A stretch of DNA of 64,000 nucleotides from an archaeon. Lineage in GTDB: Archaea; Methanobacteriota_B; Thermococci; Methanofastidiosales; NM3. The position numbers and the translations under genes are program-made. The stretch's first letter is position 1. Every line of letters begins with the position of its first letter. Below the pieces are notes generated by a model that worked only from the letters and a program-made list of their open reading frames with translations, ran no database searches and was not told the origin of the DNA. Location: positions 96,001-160,000 of the forward strand of contig RXIG01000001.1 in NCBI GenBank assembly GCA_004212155.1. Reading direction: 5' to 3'. Shown here one piece after another: positions 17,810 through 27,946 of the stretch.

Positions 17810-19684
17810 TCACTTTTCCACTATGGCACAAGTGCCTGGAGGCAATGCCTGGACCACCTCATCTAGGTCGTCCCAATCGAGCATTTTCTGCAATCGTTTA
17901 GCTACGTCCTCCTTGCTGCGAGGTCCCGGCACCACCCGCACGATCGTCTCGCAATTCTTTTCGACTGCGGTGATCGGTCCGCACATGACCTTGTCCTTAT
18001 AGATTCCTATCGCCACCTCAAGTGGCAGCTTCTTGAGATAGTTTTTCTTGCCCTTGATGGCAAAGGCGCCGGTGGTCAGAAACTCCCCGCTCGGGGCGTC
18101 CTTGGTGACCTGTTCGGGGTGTACCCAGTATGCATCTAGGCCACCCACCTGCATCTTCCATGCCTTAGAGAAGGAAACGGCAAAGATCCCCGCCTCGTGG
18201 AGCACGTCCTCTGACGCATTCGCCCCTTCCTTCAAGATCACCTGCGGCGCACCGGTCATGTCAGCATGCACGTGGATGTCGCCTTCCTCGAGATGTCGCT
18301 TGACGATCGATTCGTTCGAACGCGCGTCACGTCCTCCGATGACAAGGTGTCCTTCTGACGATACGAACCACCGATACCGTTCATACCACTCGCGCTTCCT
18401 GCGTTGCTTCTTCTCGACGCTCTCGACAACAACGTCCTCTTTCCGTGTACGTTCTATCGACTGCTGCGTTCGCTCAATGGCTGACCGGGCGCCCTTCATC
18501 TTGTGCTTGAACTTCTTGGCACGTTCGTAGTAGCGCTGGGCATTCTCGTTGAGCGAGCACGTGATGTCGAGTTCCACCTCCTCGCCGTCGAGTTCGACGT
18601 TGATCGTGCCCTCATGTTCGTTCATGCGCTTGACGATCGAGGAAAGCCTCTTGTCGGCGTTGACGCGGGATTGCGTCGCGTCCCATCCCTTTTCCTTGAT
18701 CGCAGTATAAAATCGTTTGATAAGCTCGTCAACGAACTGGTAATGCGCAAACAGGAGATTGCCCTTCTGCTGCGCCTGTTCGCTCTTTTTCTCGTAATCC
18801 TCTACCGTTCTCTGTTGTGTTGCCAGGATGCGTTCCAGCTTGTTGAGCTGTTTCTCCTTTTTCGATACCTCCTTTTTTGCGATCTGCTCGAGCTCGTGCT
18901 TGCCGTAGAGCTCGTCTGCGGCCTCGTTGAGTGTGGAAAACGGCTGGCGTTCCTTGCCCTCATGGACGAGCAGGTCGAAGGGCACGACATCGCCATTGAC
19001 GATCGCGGGAGAGGGTGGCAGCGCAAGCAGCGCGCGTATGCCTTCACGTACCTTGTCCGGGTCTGGGGAGTGGTCTCGCTTGTCAATGCCCGCTCGAAGG
19101 CAGATCTCCTCTGCGTAGATGCCGCCGATGTTCATCGTGTTTGCAAGCCGGCGAACGATCTCCGTCTCTCCGTCGATGAGCTCTTCTGGATCGACTTCAT
19201 ACGGGGAGCTCATGGCGGGCGGGGGCGCATATCGTTCACGGGTGGTCACCGATCGCGTGGACCACACCTTCTGCGAGAGGGCTCCGATGATCGTCAACTT
19301 CTCGTCGGTGAGAATGAGATTACCATCGCCAAATAGTTCGAGGATGACATAATACTTGGTCAGATTCTCCTCGCCGAAGAGACCGAACTCTATCTTCGCT
19401 ATCCTGTCAAATCCCACCTGCTCGATGCCGAGGATACGAAGTCCGCCCAGATGCTTGCGCAGCTGCATGGCAAATCCTGCGGGATGCTGCGGTGCTGGTT
19501 TGGGATATGACGTCGCGTAAAGGGCGATGCCAGGCTTGAGGACAAGGTCCCTACGGCCGCGGCCGTAAAGTTTGATTCGCACCTCGTCGCCTATCTTGTA
19601 GACCTTGTCGACCTTCATACCGACCATGTTATACTCATTTTTCAGTTCATCAATAATTATTTTAACATCGAAGCTCGAAAACAT
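17810..19684 (-). CDS. rqcH: Ribosome rescue factor RqcH/Rqc2 (NFACT family)
   Basis: MSSFD-like start; FAMQLRKHL, FDRI, ELFGDGN, ENAQRYYE.AKK, WYERYRWFVSS, GGRDARSNE and SGEFL..GAF motifs. Confidence 0.92.
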   Translation of the reverse strand: MFSSFDVKIIIDELKNEYNMVGMKVDKVYKIGDEVRIKLYGRGRRDLVLKPGIALYATSYPKPAPQHPAGFAMQLRKHLGGLRILGIEQVGFDRIAKIEFGLFGEENLTKYYVILELFGDGNLILTDEKLTIIGALSQKVWSTRSVTTRERYAPPPAMSSPYEVDPEELIDGETEIVRRLANTMNIGGIYAEEICLRAGIDKRDHSPDPDKVREGIRALLALPPSPAIVNGDVVPFDLLVHEGKERQPFSTLNEAADELYGKHELEQIAKKEVSKKEKQLNKLERILATQQRTVEDYEKKSEQAQQKGNLLFAHYQFVDELIKRFYTAIKEKGWDATQSRVNADKRLSSIVKRMNEHEGTINVELDGEEVELDITCSLNENAQRYYERAKKFKHKMKGARSAIERTQQSIERTRKEDVVVESVEKKQRRKREWYERYRWFVSSEGHLVIGGRDARSNESIVKRHLEEGDIHVHADMTGAPQVILKEGANASEDVLHEAGIFAVSFSKAWKMQVGGLDAYWVHPEQVTKDAPSGEFLTTGAFAIKGKKNYLKKLPLEVAIGIYKDKVMCGPITAVEKNCETIVRVVPGPRSKEDVAKRLQKMLDWDDLDEVVQALPPGTCAIVEK

Positions 19685-19738
19685 ACAAAAGCTTATTAAA
19701 TCAAACCACTTTTTATAGGTTGTCGTGTTCAGGGTGAT

Positions 19739-20023
19739 TTGCTTATGGATGAGAAAAACAGATTAGGATTATTGTTCACTGGAACGGGTGCTGTGGCAGG
19801 CATACTATCAGCATTCTTGACAAACCCTGTCCCATTGCCGCTCGTTCTTATCATCGCGTTTGGTATCTACTATGGGACAAGTTATATAACTCCCTACATC
19901 AATGTAGATATGGAGGCATACGGGGGGAGGAGAAAGATTCTGCAGACAGGAGTTTTCTCGTTCCTACAAGGCTGGTTAGTGCTTTGGTTCCTCGTATTCG
20001 AGGTCGCTGGCCTCTACTCCTAA
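19739..20023 (+). CDS. Small 3-TM protein, archaeal EMC6-like
   Basis: Three hydrophobic segments; TGAVAGILS and G.FSFL..WLVLW patterns. Confidence 0.6.
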   Translation: MLMDEKNRLGLLFTGTGAVAGILSAFLTNPVPLPLVLIIAFGIYYGTSYITPYINVDMEAYGGRRKILQTGVFSFLQGWLVLWFLVFEVAGLYS

Positions 20024-20117
20024 AGTGTGCAAAAAATAATTTAAAGTTGGAAAAGGAAATATTTACGTTATTTCCTTCCAATTAAGAGAAAACTTTAAAT
20101 ATAATATTTACTACATA

Positions 20118-21083
20118 ATGAAAGGAGGAACCCCTATGGCAGATACACCGGCAGATGAACCTTCCCCAAAGAAGGAGAAGGATTCGCCATCTTCGGATGA
20201 AGCAAAAGGATCATCCACCTCTTCCATGGACAAACAGAAGGAAGAAAATAGGATCGCAGAACTCGAGAACAAGGTCAAGTCGCTCGAATCGCGTCCACAA
20301 CCACAGTACGCTGCCCATTCCAACGGTTCGGCCCTCAAGGTCATTGCCGCCATATTGGGGATTTTGTTTGTTGTTGCCACGGCGGGCGCTGTTTATTTTG
20401 CCAATGAGGCACGGATGAACGAAGACTGTGATGATAATTACAAGGAGCTTCTTGCAACCTACAACGAGCTCTCATCATCGTATTCTGTCGCACTGTCCGA
20501 GAAGCAGAGCCTGCAGAATCAGGTCGATTCCCTCAATGCGCAGATCACGAGCCTCTCCTCTCAACTGGAGGACCTGCGTGCCTCTTCGACCGGTAAGGAC
20601 GAGGAGTTAGCGTCGCTTGAATCGCAAGTGGAAGCATTGACGTCTGACCTCGAGGAAGCGGAGTCGGATCTTCATACGAAGACGCTTCGTGTCACATACC
20701 TCGAGACGCTGATTGACTCATACGAGGAACGCAACACCGAACTGGAGAACCAACTTGCAGCATGTCTTGCCGACCATGAAGAGCTGTGCGGCCTGACACC
20801 ATACATCGGCAACTTCTGGACATCACCCTCGACGTACGTCTCCCTGGCACCAGGCGAGGATGATATCGCTACACGCGAATACTACATCTACCTATGTGTC
20901 GGATGCAGCGACTGCAACGTATGTTCGTACAATCCCTGCGACCCCTGCGGCATATGCGACCCCGTATGCTGCGACTACGACGGCCCATGGGAGAAGATAC
21001 GCCTTACAGTGCGCGTGACCACAGACTTCACCGATGGCGATGAGCGACAGAAAATAGAGATTGTATCGTGGAAATGGGTGTAA
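20118..21083 (+). CDS. Single-TM coiled-coil protein with Cys-rich C-terminal domain
   Basis: TM LKVIAAILGILFVVATAGAVYF, a ~110-aa heptad-like region, then CVGCSDCNVC...CDPCGICDPVCC. Start may be 20136 after AGGAGG. Confidence 0.75.
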   Translation: MKGGTPMADTPADEPSPKKEKDSPSSDEAKGSSTSSMDKQKEENRIAELENKVKSLESRPQPQYAAHSNGSALKVIAAILGILFVVATAGAVYFANEARMNEDCDDNYKELLATYNELSSSYSVALSEKQSLQNQVDSLNAQITSLSSQLEDLRASSTGKDEELASLESQVEALTSDLEEAESDLHTKTLRVTYLETLIDSYEERNTELENQLAACLADHEELCGLTPYIGNFWTSPSTYVSLAPGEDDIATREYYIYLCVGCSDCNVCSYNPCDPCGICDPVCCDYDGPWEKIRLTVRVTTDFTDGDERQKIEIVSWKWV

Positions 21084-21113
21084 CTTTTTTAATACCCTTT
21101 CTTTTCTTTTCTA

Positions 21114-22952
21114 TTGATTACTATGCGAATCGCTGTAGTTGAGTACGATAAGTGCAAACCGAAGAAGTGCTCGTATGAGTGCCAGACGTTCTGTCCAGGC
21201 GTGAGGATGGGCGAGGAGACTGTCGTCATCAGCGACGATAACAAGAAACCCATCATATCCGAAACACTTTGTTCGGGGTGCGGTATCTGCGTTCACAAGT
21301 GCCCATTCGGTGCTATCCACATCATCAACCTTCCCGAGGAGCTCGAGGAACCGGTCCACCAGTTTGGCCCAAACTCGTTTCGCCTCTACCGCCTTCCCGT
21401 CCCGAAGGAGAACTCCGTGCTGGGGATCATAGGCCCAAACGGCGTGGGAAAGACCACGGCCATCAAGATCCTTTCCGGCGAGATCGTTCCCAATCTTGGC
21501 AACTATGACGAGTTCTCCTCGTTGCTCGGCACGTTCTCGCAACACACGATATCAAGGGGGGAGCGCGCGCGCCAGTACGACATCATCGCACGTTACTTCC
21601 GCGGCTCAGAGCTTCAACCCTACTTTGAAAAGCTTCAGGAAGGCGAGCTCAAGGTCGTCTCCAAGCCGCAATACGTTGACAAGATCCCCAAGGTCGTCTC
21701 GGGCACCGTCGAGGAGGTCATAAACAAGGTCGACGAACGCAACATGGCAGACGGCCTCTTCGATGAGTTCGGCATGGAAGAGGTGCGCGAACGCACGCTC
21801 GAGGACCTCTCAGGCGGCGAGCTTCAGCGTCTGGCCATCATGGCCGCCATCGTGCGTGATGCAGACGTCTACTACTTCGACGAACCCTCGTCATACCTTG
21901 ACATCTACCAGCGTCTCAACGTCGCCCGCGTCATACGGCGCCTTTCAAAGGACAAGACGGTCATCGTCATCGAACACGACCTTGCCGTGCTCGACTATCT
22001 CAGCGACCATGTCCATCTCATCTACGGACGCCCCGCCGTCTACGGCATCGTCTCATCGCCGATGGGAGTCCGCGTCGGCATCAACACGTATCTCCAGGGA
22101 TTCTTGAAGGATGAAAACGTCAGATTCAGGAACGAGGAGATCAAGTTCACCTATAAGTCACCGAAGGAGTGGTCGTCCGAGGACGTGCTCTTCGCATACC
22201 CGGAGCTTACCAAGGACTTTTCGACATTTTCTCTCTCCGTCTCGCCTGGCGAGGTCTACAAGGGAGAGGTCGTTTCGATCGTGGGTCCAAACGCCACCGG
22301 AAAATCGACCTTCGTAAAGATGATCGCAGGCGTCGAGGAACCCACGTCTGGCGACCTTTCCAGAGAGCTCGAGGTGTCATACAAGCCCCAATACATCAAG
22401 CGTGACTTTGACGGCACCGTGCGGGAGCTGCTCTTTGCCGTGGCCAAGAGCACGCTTTATGAGAGCTGGTACAAGACCGAGATCCTCTCGCCACTCCAGC
22501 TCACCATGCTGCTTGACAATCGCGTCGATGAGCTCTCAGGCGGCGAGCTCCAGCGAACGGCTATCGCCGCATGCCTATCGAAGAAGGCGGACCTCTACCT
22601 GCTCGACGAGCCGTCTGCCTATCTCGACGTGGAGCAGCGCCTCGCCATGGCAAAGACGATCAGGAGACGTATGGAAAACGAGGACACGACCGCCATCGTC
22701 GTCGAGCACGACCTCGTCACGACAGATTACATCTCGGACCGCACCATCGTATTCTCCGGCACGCCGAGCGTTGATGGCTGTGCTTCGTCGCCCATGATGA
22801 TGCGCACTGGGATGAACGACTTCCTTTCCCGCATCGACATCACGTTCAGACGGGACTCGGAGAACGGCAGGCCCCGCGCGAACAAGCGCGATAGCCAGCT
22901 CGACAGGAAGCAAAAGGACATGGGAGAGTATTACTACTCCCAGGTCAAATAG
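21114..22952 (+). CDS. rli1: Ribosome recycling ATPase ABCE1/Rli1
   Basis: N-terminal Fe-S domain (CKPKKC, CSGCGICVHKCPF), two NBDs (GPNGVGKT, GPNATGKST, LSGGELQR twice) and TFRRD...RPR.NK. Start probably ATG 21123. Confidence 0.96.
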   Translation: MITMRIAVVEYDKCKPKKCSYECQTFCPGVRMGEETVVISDDNKKPIISETLCSGCGICVHKCPFGAIHIINLPEELEEPVHQFGPNSFRLYRLPVPKENSVLGIIGPNGVGKTTAIKILSGEIVPNLGNYDEFSSLLGTFSQHTISRGERARQYDIIARYFRGSELQPYFEKLQEGELKVVSKPQYVDKIPKVVSGTVEEVINKVDERNMADGLFDEFGMEEVRERTLEDLSGGELQRLAIMAAIVRDADVYYFDEPSSYLDIYQRLNVARVIRRLSKDKTVIVIEHDLAVLDYLSDHVHLIYGRPAVYGIVSSPMGVRVGINTYLQGFLKDENVRFRNEEIKFTYKSPKEWSSEDVLFAYPELTKDFSTFSLSVSPGEVYKGEVVSIVGPNATGKSTFVKMIAGVEEPTSGDLSRELEVSYKPQYIKRDFDGTVRELLFAVAKSTLYESWYKTEILSPLQLTMLLDNRVDELSGGELQRTAIAACLSKKADLYLLDEPSAYLDVEQRLAMAKTIRRRMENEDTTAIVVEHDLVTTDYISDRTIVFSGTPSVDGCASSPMMMRTGMNDFLSRIDITFRRDSENGRPRANKRDSQLDRKQKDMGEYYYSQVK

Positions 22953-22957
22953 CGGAC

Positions 22958-23581
22958 CTAGAGCAACTGCGAGACATCGTTGACAATCTCGCGCGTCACG
23001 TCCATTATCGCCTTGTCGCCGCGGATGGTGCGTATACGTGCGTCGTGGCGGGTTTCGAACTCCTCGAACACGTCGATGAATTCTTTGCGTATGCGCGCCA
23101 GGGTCTCTCGCTTCTCGAAGTACTCCGTCCTGTGCCGCACGCTCCTGCGGTCCTCGCTCACGAAGGGGTCCACATCGAGGAAGAACGTCGCATCAGGGAG
23201 CAGGCAATCCCGGTTGAGCTCCTTGATCCAAGCACGGTCAAGCTCCGTTCCCTGATACGCCATGTTTGAAAAGAAGTATCTGTCGCAGATGACGGTCGTT
23301 CCCTTCTCGAGCTCAGGCACGACCTCGTTGTGAAGGTGGTCCATGCGGTCAGCTGCGAAGAGGAGCGCGAAGCTGTGGGCGGTAAGCGATATCCTATGGG
23401 TGAGCGCAAGGCGTATGACCGCGCCAGCGGGCCCATCGGTAGGCTCCTTCGTCTTGCATACCTTGTACCCTTCATGCTCGAGCGCTTCCTTGACGGCCGC
23501 GGTCTGCGTGCTGAGCCCCGCCCCGTCGATCCCTTCGATCACGATGAGCTTTCCGTCGTACGTGTTGCGTGGGAACGCCAT
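22958..23581 (-). CDS. tmk: Thymidylate kinase
   Basis: IEGIDGAG, KEPT, LLFAADR, DRY..S..AYQG and PDATFFLDV motifs; the P-loop Lys is replaced (GLST). Confidence 0.88.
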   Translation of the reverse strand: MAFPRNTYDGKLIVIEGIDGAGLSTQTAAVKEALEHEGYKVCKTKEPTDGPAGAVIRLALTHRISLTAHSFALLFAADRMDHLHNEVVPELEKGTTVICDRYFFSNMAYQGTELDRAWIKELNRDCLLPDATFFLDVDPFVSEDRRSVRHRTEYFEKRETLARIRKEFIDVFEEFETRHDARIRTIRGDKAIMDVTREIVNDVSQLL

Positions 23582-23611
23582 CTCTTCACCGTATCTTTCG
23601 ACACAGGCGCG

Positions 23612-24421
23612 TTATAAATACCTTATGTTGGTCGCCCAACCGTTGCACCAGTATCCAAGGCAGTCTCGGCACGTGTTGGCGAGCCAGAGCGCGTTGCGCC
23701 GCACGCCACGGTACCAGAACGCTGACGCCACCTGGGCTTCTGCGTTTTCGTACTTGCACGCCTTGTGCGGAATAGGGGTGTCGACATGCGCCTGGCCGAC
23801 GATGAATGACCCTAGGTCCCATGTCCTCAGATGGTATCTCTCACCGCCCCAACGGTCCTTGAAATAGTTCGAGTCCTGAGCGTACATGCGCCCTCGATAA
23901 GGGACGAAGTTGATGTTTGCCTCGTAGATGCGCCATGTGGGGCAGCGTTCCCAACCGTCGCGCCCAAGCTTTCGTGAGACCGGCCATTCGCTCCCCGTGT
24001 TGAAGACGAGATTGATGGGGTCTGCCCTGACAAAGACGGTAAATCGCAACAGCGGGGCCCCGTACGCCTCGTAGGTCCACCGGGGGTACTTGCTTGAGCA
24101 TGGGATGCCGTAGCGGGGGTCGATGATCTCGATCTCCCTGACCGAGACGCGGTCGCGTTCGGGCGGCCGTGTCGTGCTTCGTGCCGTATGGTGTAGCGCA
24201 TCGACGCCGAAGCGTTGCCGTATCGACGGACCGCTCAGCGTCGTCTTCACGATATACTCCCCATCTTCCTCGATGACCGTCCTGTCCTCGAGTACCGTAA
24301 GCTCCATGCGCGGGTTGACAAGGGGTCCCCGCGAGGTGCGAAGGTTACGTGCGGTGACAGGAAATGCGAGCAGTATCAGCAATGCTGCCACAATCAATAT
24401 CCTTCCTTTGGTATTCATCAT
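23612..24421 (-). CDS. Secreted hypothetical protein, LssY C-terminal-like
   Basis: Signal peptide MMNTKGRILIVAALLILLAFPVTA; DPINLVF, RYHLRTW and GQAHVD resemble LssY_C motifs. Confidence 0.55.
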   Translation of the reverse strand: MMNTKGRILIVAALLILLAFPVTARNLRTSRGPLVNPRMELTVLEDRTVIEEDGEYIVKTTLSGPSIRQRFGVDALHHTARSTTRPPERDRVSVREIEIIDPRYGIPCSSKYPRWTYEAYGAPLLRFTVFVRADPINLVFNTGSEWPVSRKLGRDGWERCPTWRIYEANINFVPYRGRMYAQDSNYFKDRWGGERYHLRTWDLGSFIVGQAHVDTPIPHKACKYENAEAQVASAFWYRGVRRNALWLANTCRDCLGYWCNGWATNIRYL

Positions 24422-24516
24422 GAACGCGTTGTGCAGCAAAGAATAACTAGAATAATACGTATCTATTCCGTAGGATTGCAAAAAAGCCCTATACATTTAA
24501 ATAATTCTCCCATTAA

Positions 24517-25848
24517 ATGGAAACACGTGATACCATGGGGAATTACAAGATAATCCATGACGTCGTCCATGGGAGCATAAAGTTGGACGAGATCATGCTC
24601 GATCTCGCAAAGACGCCAGAGCTCAACAGATTGCATGGCATCAAACAGCTCGGTCTCGTCTATCTCGTCTTCCCTGGTGCCCACCATACACGATTCGAGC
24701 ATTCTCTTGGCGTGGCCCACATCGCAAGCAGGATCGCGCACGAGCTCAAGATCACCGAGCAGGAGGATACGTTCGTCAAGGCCGCAGGATTTCTCCATGA
24801 TATCGGCCACGGCCCATTCTCACACACGCTCGAATACATTTTCCATGATATGCTTGGCATCGACCACATGCAGATCACAAAAGATATCATCACAGGCGAT
24901 TACGACATCGTCGGACCAACAGCACACGACACCTGCGATGCCGACCCGATACCTGTCATCCTCGAACGGTACGGGCTCGATCCGAAGGAGGTCGCAGATC
25001 TTGTGACTGGAGGCGATCAGTCCACAGACTACCCGTGGTCCCTTCGCACATCTGAGGACGGCCAGCAGTTCATGAACGATCGCAGGTACCTTCCACAGAT
25101 CATCCATAGCCCCATCGACGCCGATCAGCTCGACTTCCTCCTGAGGGATTCGTACTACACCGGCGTGGCGCACGGAGCGGTCGACCTCGACCGCCTGCTC
25201 AAGACGATGGAGATCCATAACAACGACCTCATCGTACACCGCAAGGGCGTTGTGGCAGTCGAGGGCATGCTCGTCGCACGGGGGCTCATGTATTCCTCCG
25301 TTTACTTCCACAAGACCGCTCGCATCGCCGAGGTCATGCTCTCCCGCGCAGTAGAGTCGTTCGTTCGTGAGGCGCCCTCAGAGGAAATACCCAAGATGAT
25401 CGACGCCGACCTCATCAAGTGGATGGAAACGGGATCGGACTACTGCAAGGACATCATCGAACGCATCAGGTACCGCAACCTCTACAAGAAGGCATACATC
25501 ATCGGCCTCGAGGACCTTGATGAGGACCAGCGCACCGACCTGTCAGCCCTCGCCAATCAGCGTGAGCGCAGGCGTGTCGAGGAGGAGATATGCCGCAAGG
25601 CGCACATACCCGAAGGCAACGCACTTATCGACATCCCCGCCCCCGAGCTTCTCGTGTCCGAGCCTCGCATCGCAAAGACGAACGTCAAGATACTCGATGA
25701 CGACAACAAGGTCTCATCGCTCTCGCGATTCTCGCCGCTTGCAAGCGCGCTTCGCAAGCGCCGCGTGACGGATTGGGCGGCCATGGTGTTTTGCAACGGA
25801 AAGTATAAAAGTCAGGTTTCCAAAGTTGCGGAAAAGCTCCTTGAATGA
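24517..25848 (+). CDS. HD-domain phosphohydrolase (SAMHD1/dNTPase-like)
   Basis: IHDVVHG, RLHGIKQLG..VFPGAHHTRFEHSLG, LHDIGHGPFSH, DADQLDFLLRD and MYSSVYFHK motifs. Confidence 0.92.
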   Translation: METRDTMGNYKIIHDVVHGSIKLDEIMLDLAKTPELNRLHGIKQLGLVYLVFPGAHHTRFEHSLGVAHIASRIAHELKITEQEDTFVKAAGFLHDIGHGPFSHTLEYIFHDMLGIDHMQITKDIITGDYDIVGPTAHDTCDADPIPVILERYGLDPKEVADLVTGGDQSTDYPWSLRTSEDGQQFMNDRRYLPQIIHSPIDADQLDFLLRDSYYTGVAHGAVDLDRLLKTMEIHNNDLIVHRKGVVAVEGMLVARGLMYSSVYFHKTARIAEVMLSRAVESFVREAPSEEIPKMIDADLIKWMETGSDYCKDIIERIRYRNLYKKAYIIGLEDLDEDQRTDLSALANQRERRRVEEEICRKAHIPEGNALIDIPAPELLVSEPRIAKTNVKILDDDNKVSSLSRFSPLASALRKRRVTDWAAMVFCNGKYKSQVSKVAEKLLE

Positions 25849-25865
25849 GCAGATAAGGCGAGTCT

Positions 25866-27356
25866 ATGTTCTCCCTGGTAAATCGAGTGCTTGACATCAA
25901 ACTGATACTCAAGGATCTCGGGTCCATTCTGCAAGGCATCGGCATCGTGACCATGCTCCCCATTCTTCTCTGCTACTTTTACCGTTCAGAGACCGACCTC
26001 ATCCCGTACTTTGTCATACCAGGGCTCATAGCTTTCTTCATCGGCTGGATGCTTTCACGCATCGTTGTCGAGCTTCATCTCCAGATACGCCACGCCATGA
26101 TGATTTCGTCGCTTGCATGGCTTTCAGCTGCGCTCGTGGGATCGTTTCCTCTCTACTATCTTTCTGACCTTACCTTTTTTGACGCATACTTCGAGGCGAT
26201 GTCGGCGTGGACCGGCACGGGTCTCACGATGTTTACCAATCCGCTCTCAGTTGAGGGGCTGCCACACATCCTGCTATTCTTCAGATCGCTTCAGCAGTGG
26301 GCGGGAGGCATCGGCGTCGTGCTGGTCGCCATGGTGGTGCTGATACGCCCAGGGGTATCGGCTGCTCGCCTTTATATCTCTGAGGCGCGAGCAGAGAAGA
26401 TCAAACCAACTTTCCTTGGGACTGTTCGCGTCATATGGAAGATCTACGTCCTCTATACCATTATCGGGATCGTCCTTTTCACCCTTGTAGGCATGCCATT
26501 CTTCGAGGCGGTCAACCACTGCTTTACCGGCCTTGGCACGGGCGGCATGTCGACAAAGGACAGTTCGATAGCGTTCTTTGACTCGTTCAAGGTCGAGCTC
26601 GTCGCTATCTTTCTCATGACGATGGGTGCCATCAACTTCACCATCCACTACAAGGCATTTTTCAAGGGCAAGCTGCGCGCACTCATCAAGGACGTGCAGG
26701 TGCAGGCACTATTTGTCATTACCGGGTTCATCCTGGCGGTCCTCGTCCTTGACCTGTCACAGGTCTACTATCCATTCGAGGCGGCCCGCAAGGGTCTCTT
26801 CCAGGTCTTTAGCGCGATCACGTGCTGCGGATTCTCGACAGACGTGCTTGCGAACTGGTCCGAGACGAGCAAGCTGCTCATCATACTGCTCATGATATGC
26901 GGCGGCGGCGCCGGTTCGACCGCTGGCGCGCTCAAGCTGATACGCATCGTCGTCGTGTTCAAGACGCTAAGCACCCAGATCCGTCGGGCGCTCCTGCCCC
27001 GCGGTGCCGTCGTCTCGATAAAGGTGGGAGAAACGGTCTTCAAGGACAAGGATGTCATGGAGGCGCTGCTCTTCTCACTCGTCTATATACTCTTTTTGCT
27101 GGCAGGTTCGTTCATCCTCATGTGGCTTGGCAACGGGAGCATGAACGCGTTTTTCGAGATGGCGTCTGCCCAGGGCAACGTTGGATTGTCAGTGGGCATC
27201 ACATCCGTCACTCTCGATCCGGTGGGTAAGGCCGTACTCATCCTTGGAATGTGGATGGGCCGCCTCGAGATCATACCGACGCTTGTCTTCCTGGTCAACA
27301 TGGCGCTGATCCCGTTGAAGACGCCGCGAAGGCTAAGATCGATAAAAGAAGACTGA
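25866..27356 (+). CDS. trkH: TrkH potassium uptake protein
   Basis: FEAMSAWTGTGLT, QWAGGIG, TGGMS, GSTAGALK, SAQGNVGLSVG and MWMGRLEI pore motifs. Confidence 0.94.
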   Translation: MFSLVNRVLDIKLILKDLGSILQGIGIVTMLPILLCYFYRSETDLIPYFVIPGLIAFFIGWMLSRIVVELHLQIRHAMMISSLAWLSAALVGSFPLYYLSDLTFFDAYFEAMSAWTGTGLTMFTNPLSVEGLPHILLFFRSLQQWAGGIGVVLVAMVVLIRPGVSAARLYISEARAEKIKPTFLGTVRVIWKIYVLYTIIGIVLFTLVGMPFFEAVNHCFTGLGTGGMSTKDSSIAFFDSFKVELVAIFLMTMGAINFTIHYKAFFKGKLRALIKDVQVQALFVITGFILAVLVLDLSQVYYPFEAARKGLFQVFSAITCCGFSTDVLANWSETSKLLIILLMICGGGAGSTAGALKLIRIVVVFKTLSTQIRRALLPRGAVVSIKVGETVFKDKDVMEALLFSLVYILFLLAGSFILMWLGNGSMNAFFEMASAQGNVGLSVGITSVTLDPVGKAVLILGMWMGRLEIIPTLVFLVNMALIPLKTPRRLRSIKED

Positions 27357-27466
27357 CGTACTCCCACCACTGAAATAGTGGGGTTCTATGGCCGGCATGC
27401 TTCCCATCCGTTGCCATTCTGGGGTATCATTGCTCCCTCTGCCATGTCCCTTTCCAGACAGATCGA

Positions 27467-27790
27467 TTCACGCATGTGCCAACGCAATGTTGAAAGCGGC
27501 GTTGACATCCGCATGATCAACGCGCCCATATGAAGCACACGAGAACTCCTTCCCGTCCCTGTTACCCCAAGTCCCGCACCTGCTGTATCGCTGTCTGGCA
27601 TAGGAGGGGCCGGCATAGGCGACCAGCACTCCCTGCAGCATGGCCCTGTATCCTATGGGCTGCTGGAGCGGAATAGAATGGCCAGCTGTTCAGGGAGTAG
27701 TTGAACGAGCGAGCTTCTTCCTGCCCTATATGCCTGATAGGCCCCATACTTATATTTTCGCATGATATTTCTTTGCCTTGTTTACGATTT
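27467..27790 (-). pseudogene. tnpB: tnpB C-terminal fragment (RuvC-II/zinc finger/RuvC-III), frameshifted
   Basis: SFNYSLNSWPFY / frameshift / QQPIGYRAMLQGVLV...SRCG...FSCASYGRVDHADVNAAFNIA; two zinc-finger Cys are lost. Confidence 0.85.
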
Positions 27791-27946
27791 CAACGTTGAT
27801 CTGTTCCTTTTTTTGGTAGAGCACGTCTTTTAGGCGCGATTCAACATCTTCAACTAGCACACCTCGACGGTATGTGGGACACCATATGGGTTGGTATCTA
27901 TGTTGAATACGACCGTAGATTTACGTTTCCATCGTTGGCAAGGCAC
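27790..27946 (-). pseudogene. tnpA: tnpA (IS200 Y1/HUH transposase) N-terminal fragment, frameshifted
   Basis: QRWKRKSTVVFNI / frameshift / YQPIWCPTYRRGVLVEDVESRLKDVLYQK matches the TnpA Y(H)I.WCPKYRR..L motif. Confidence 0.75.
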
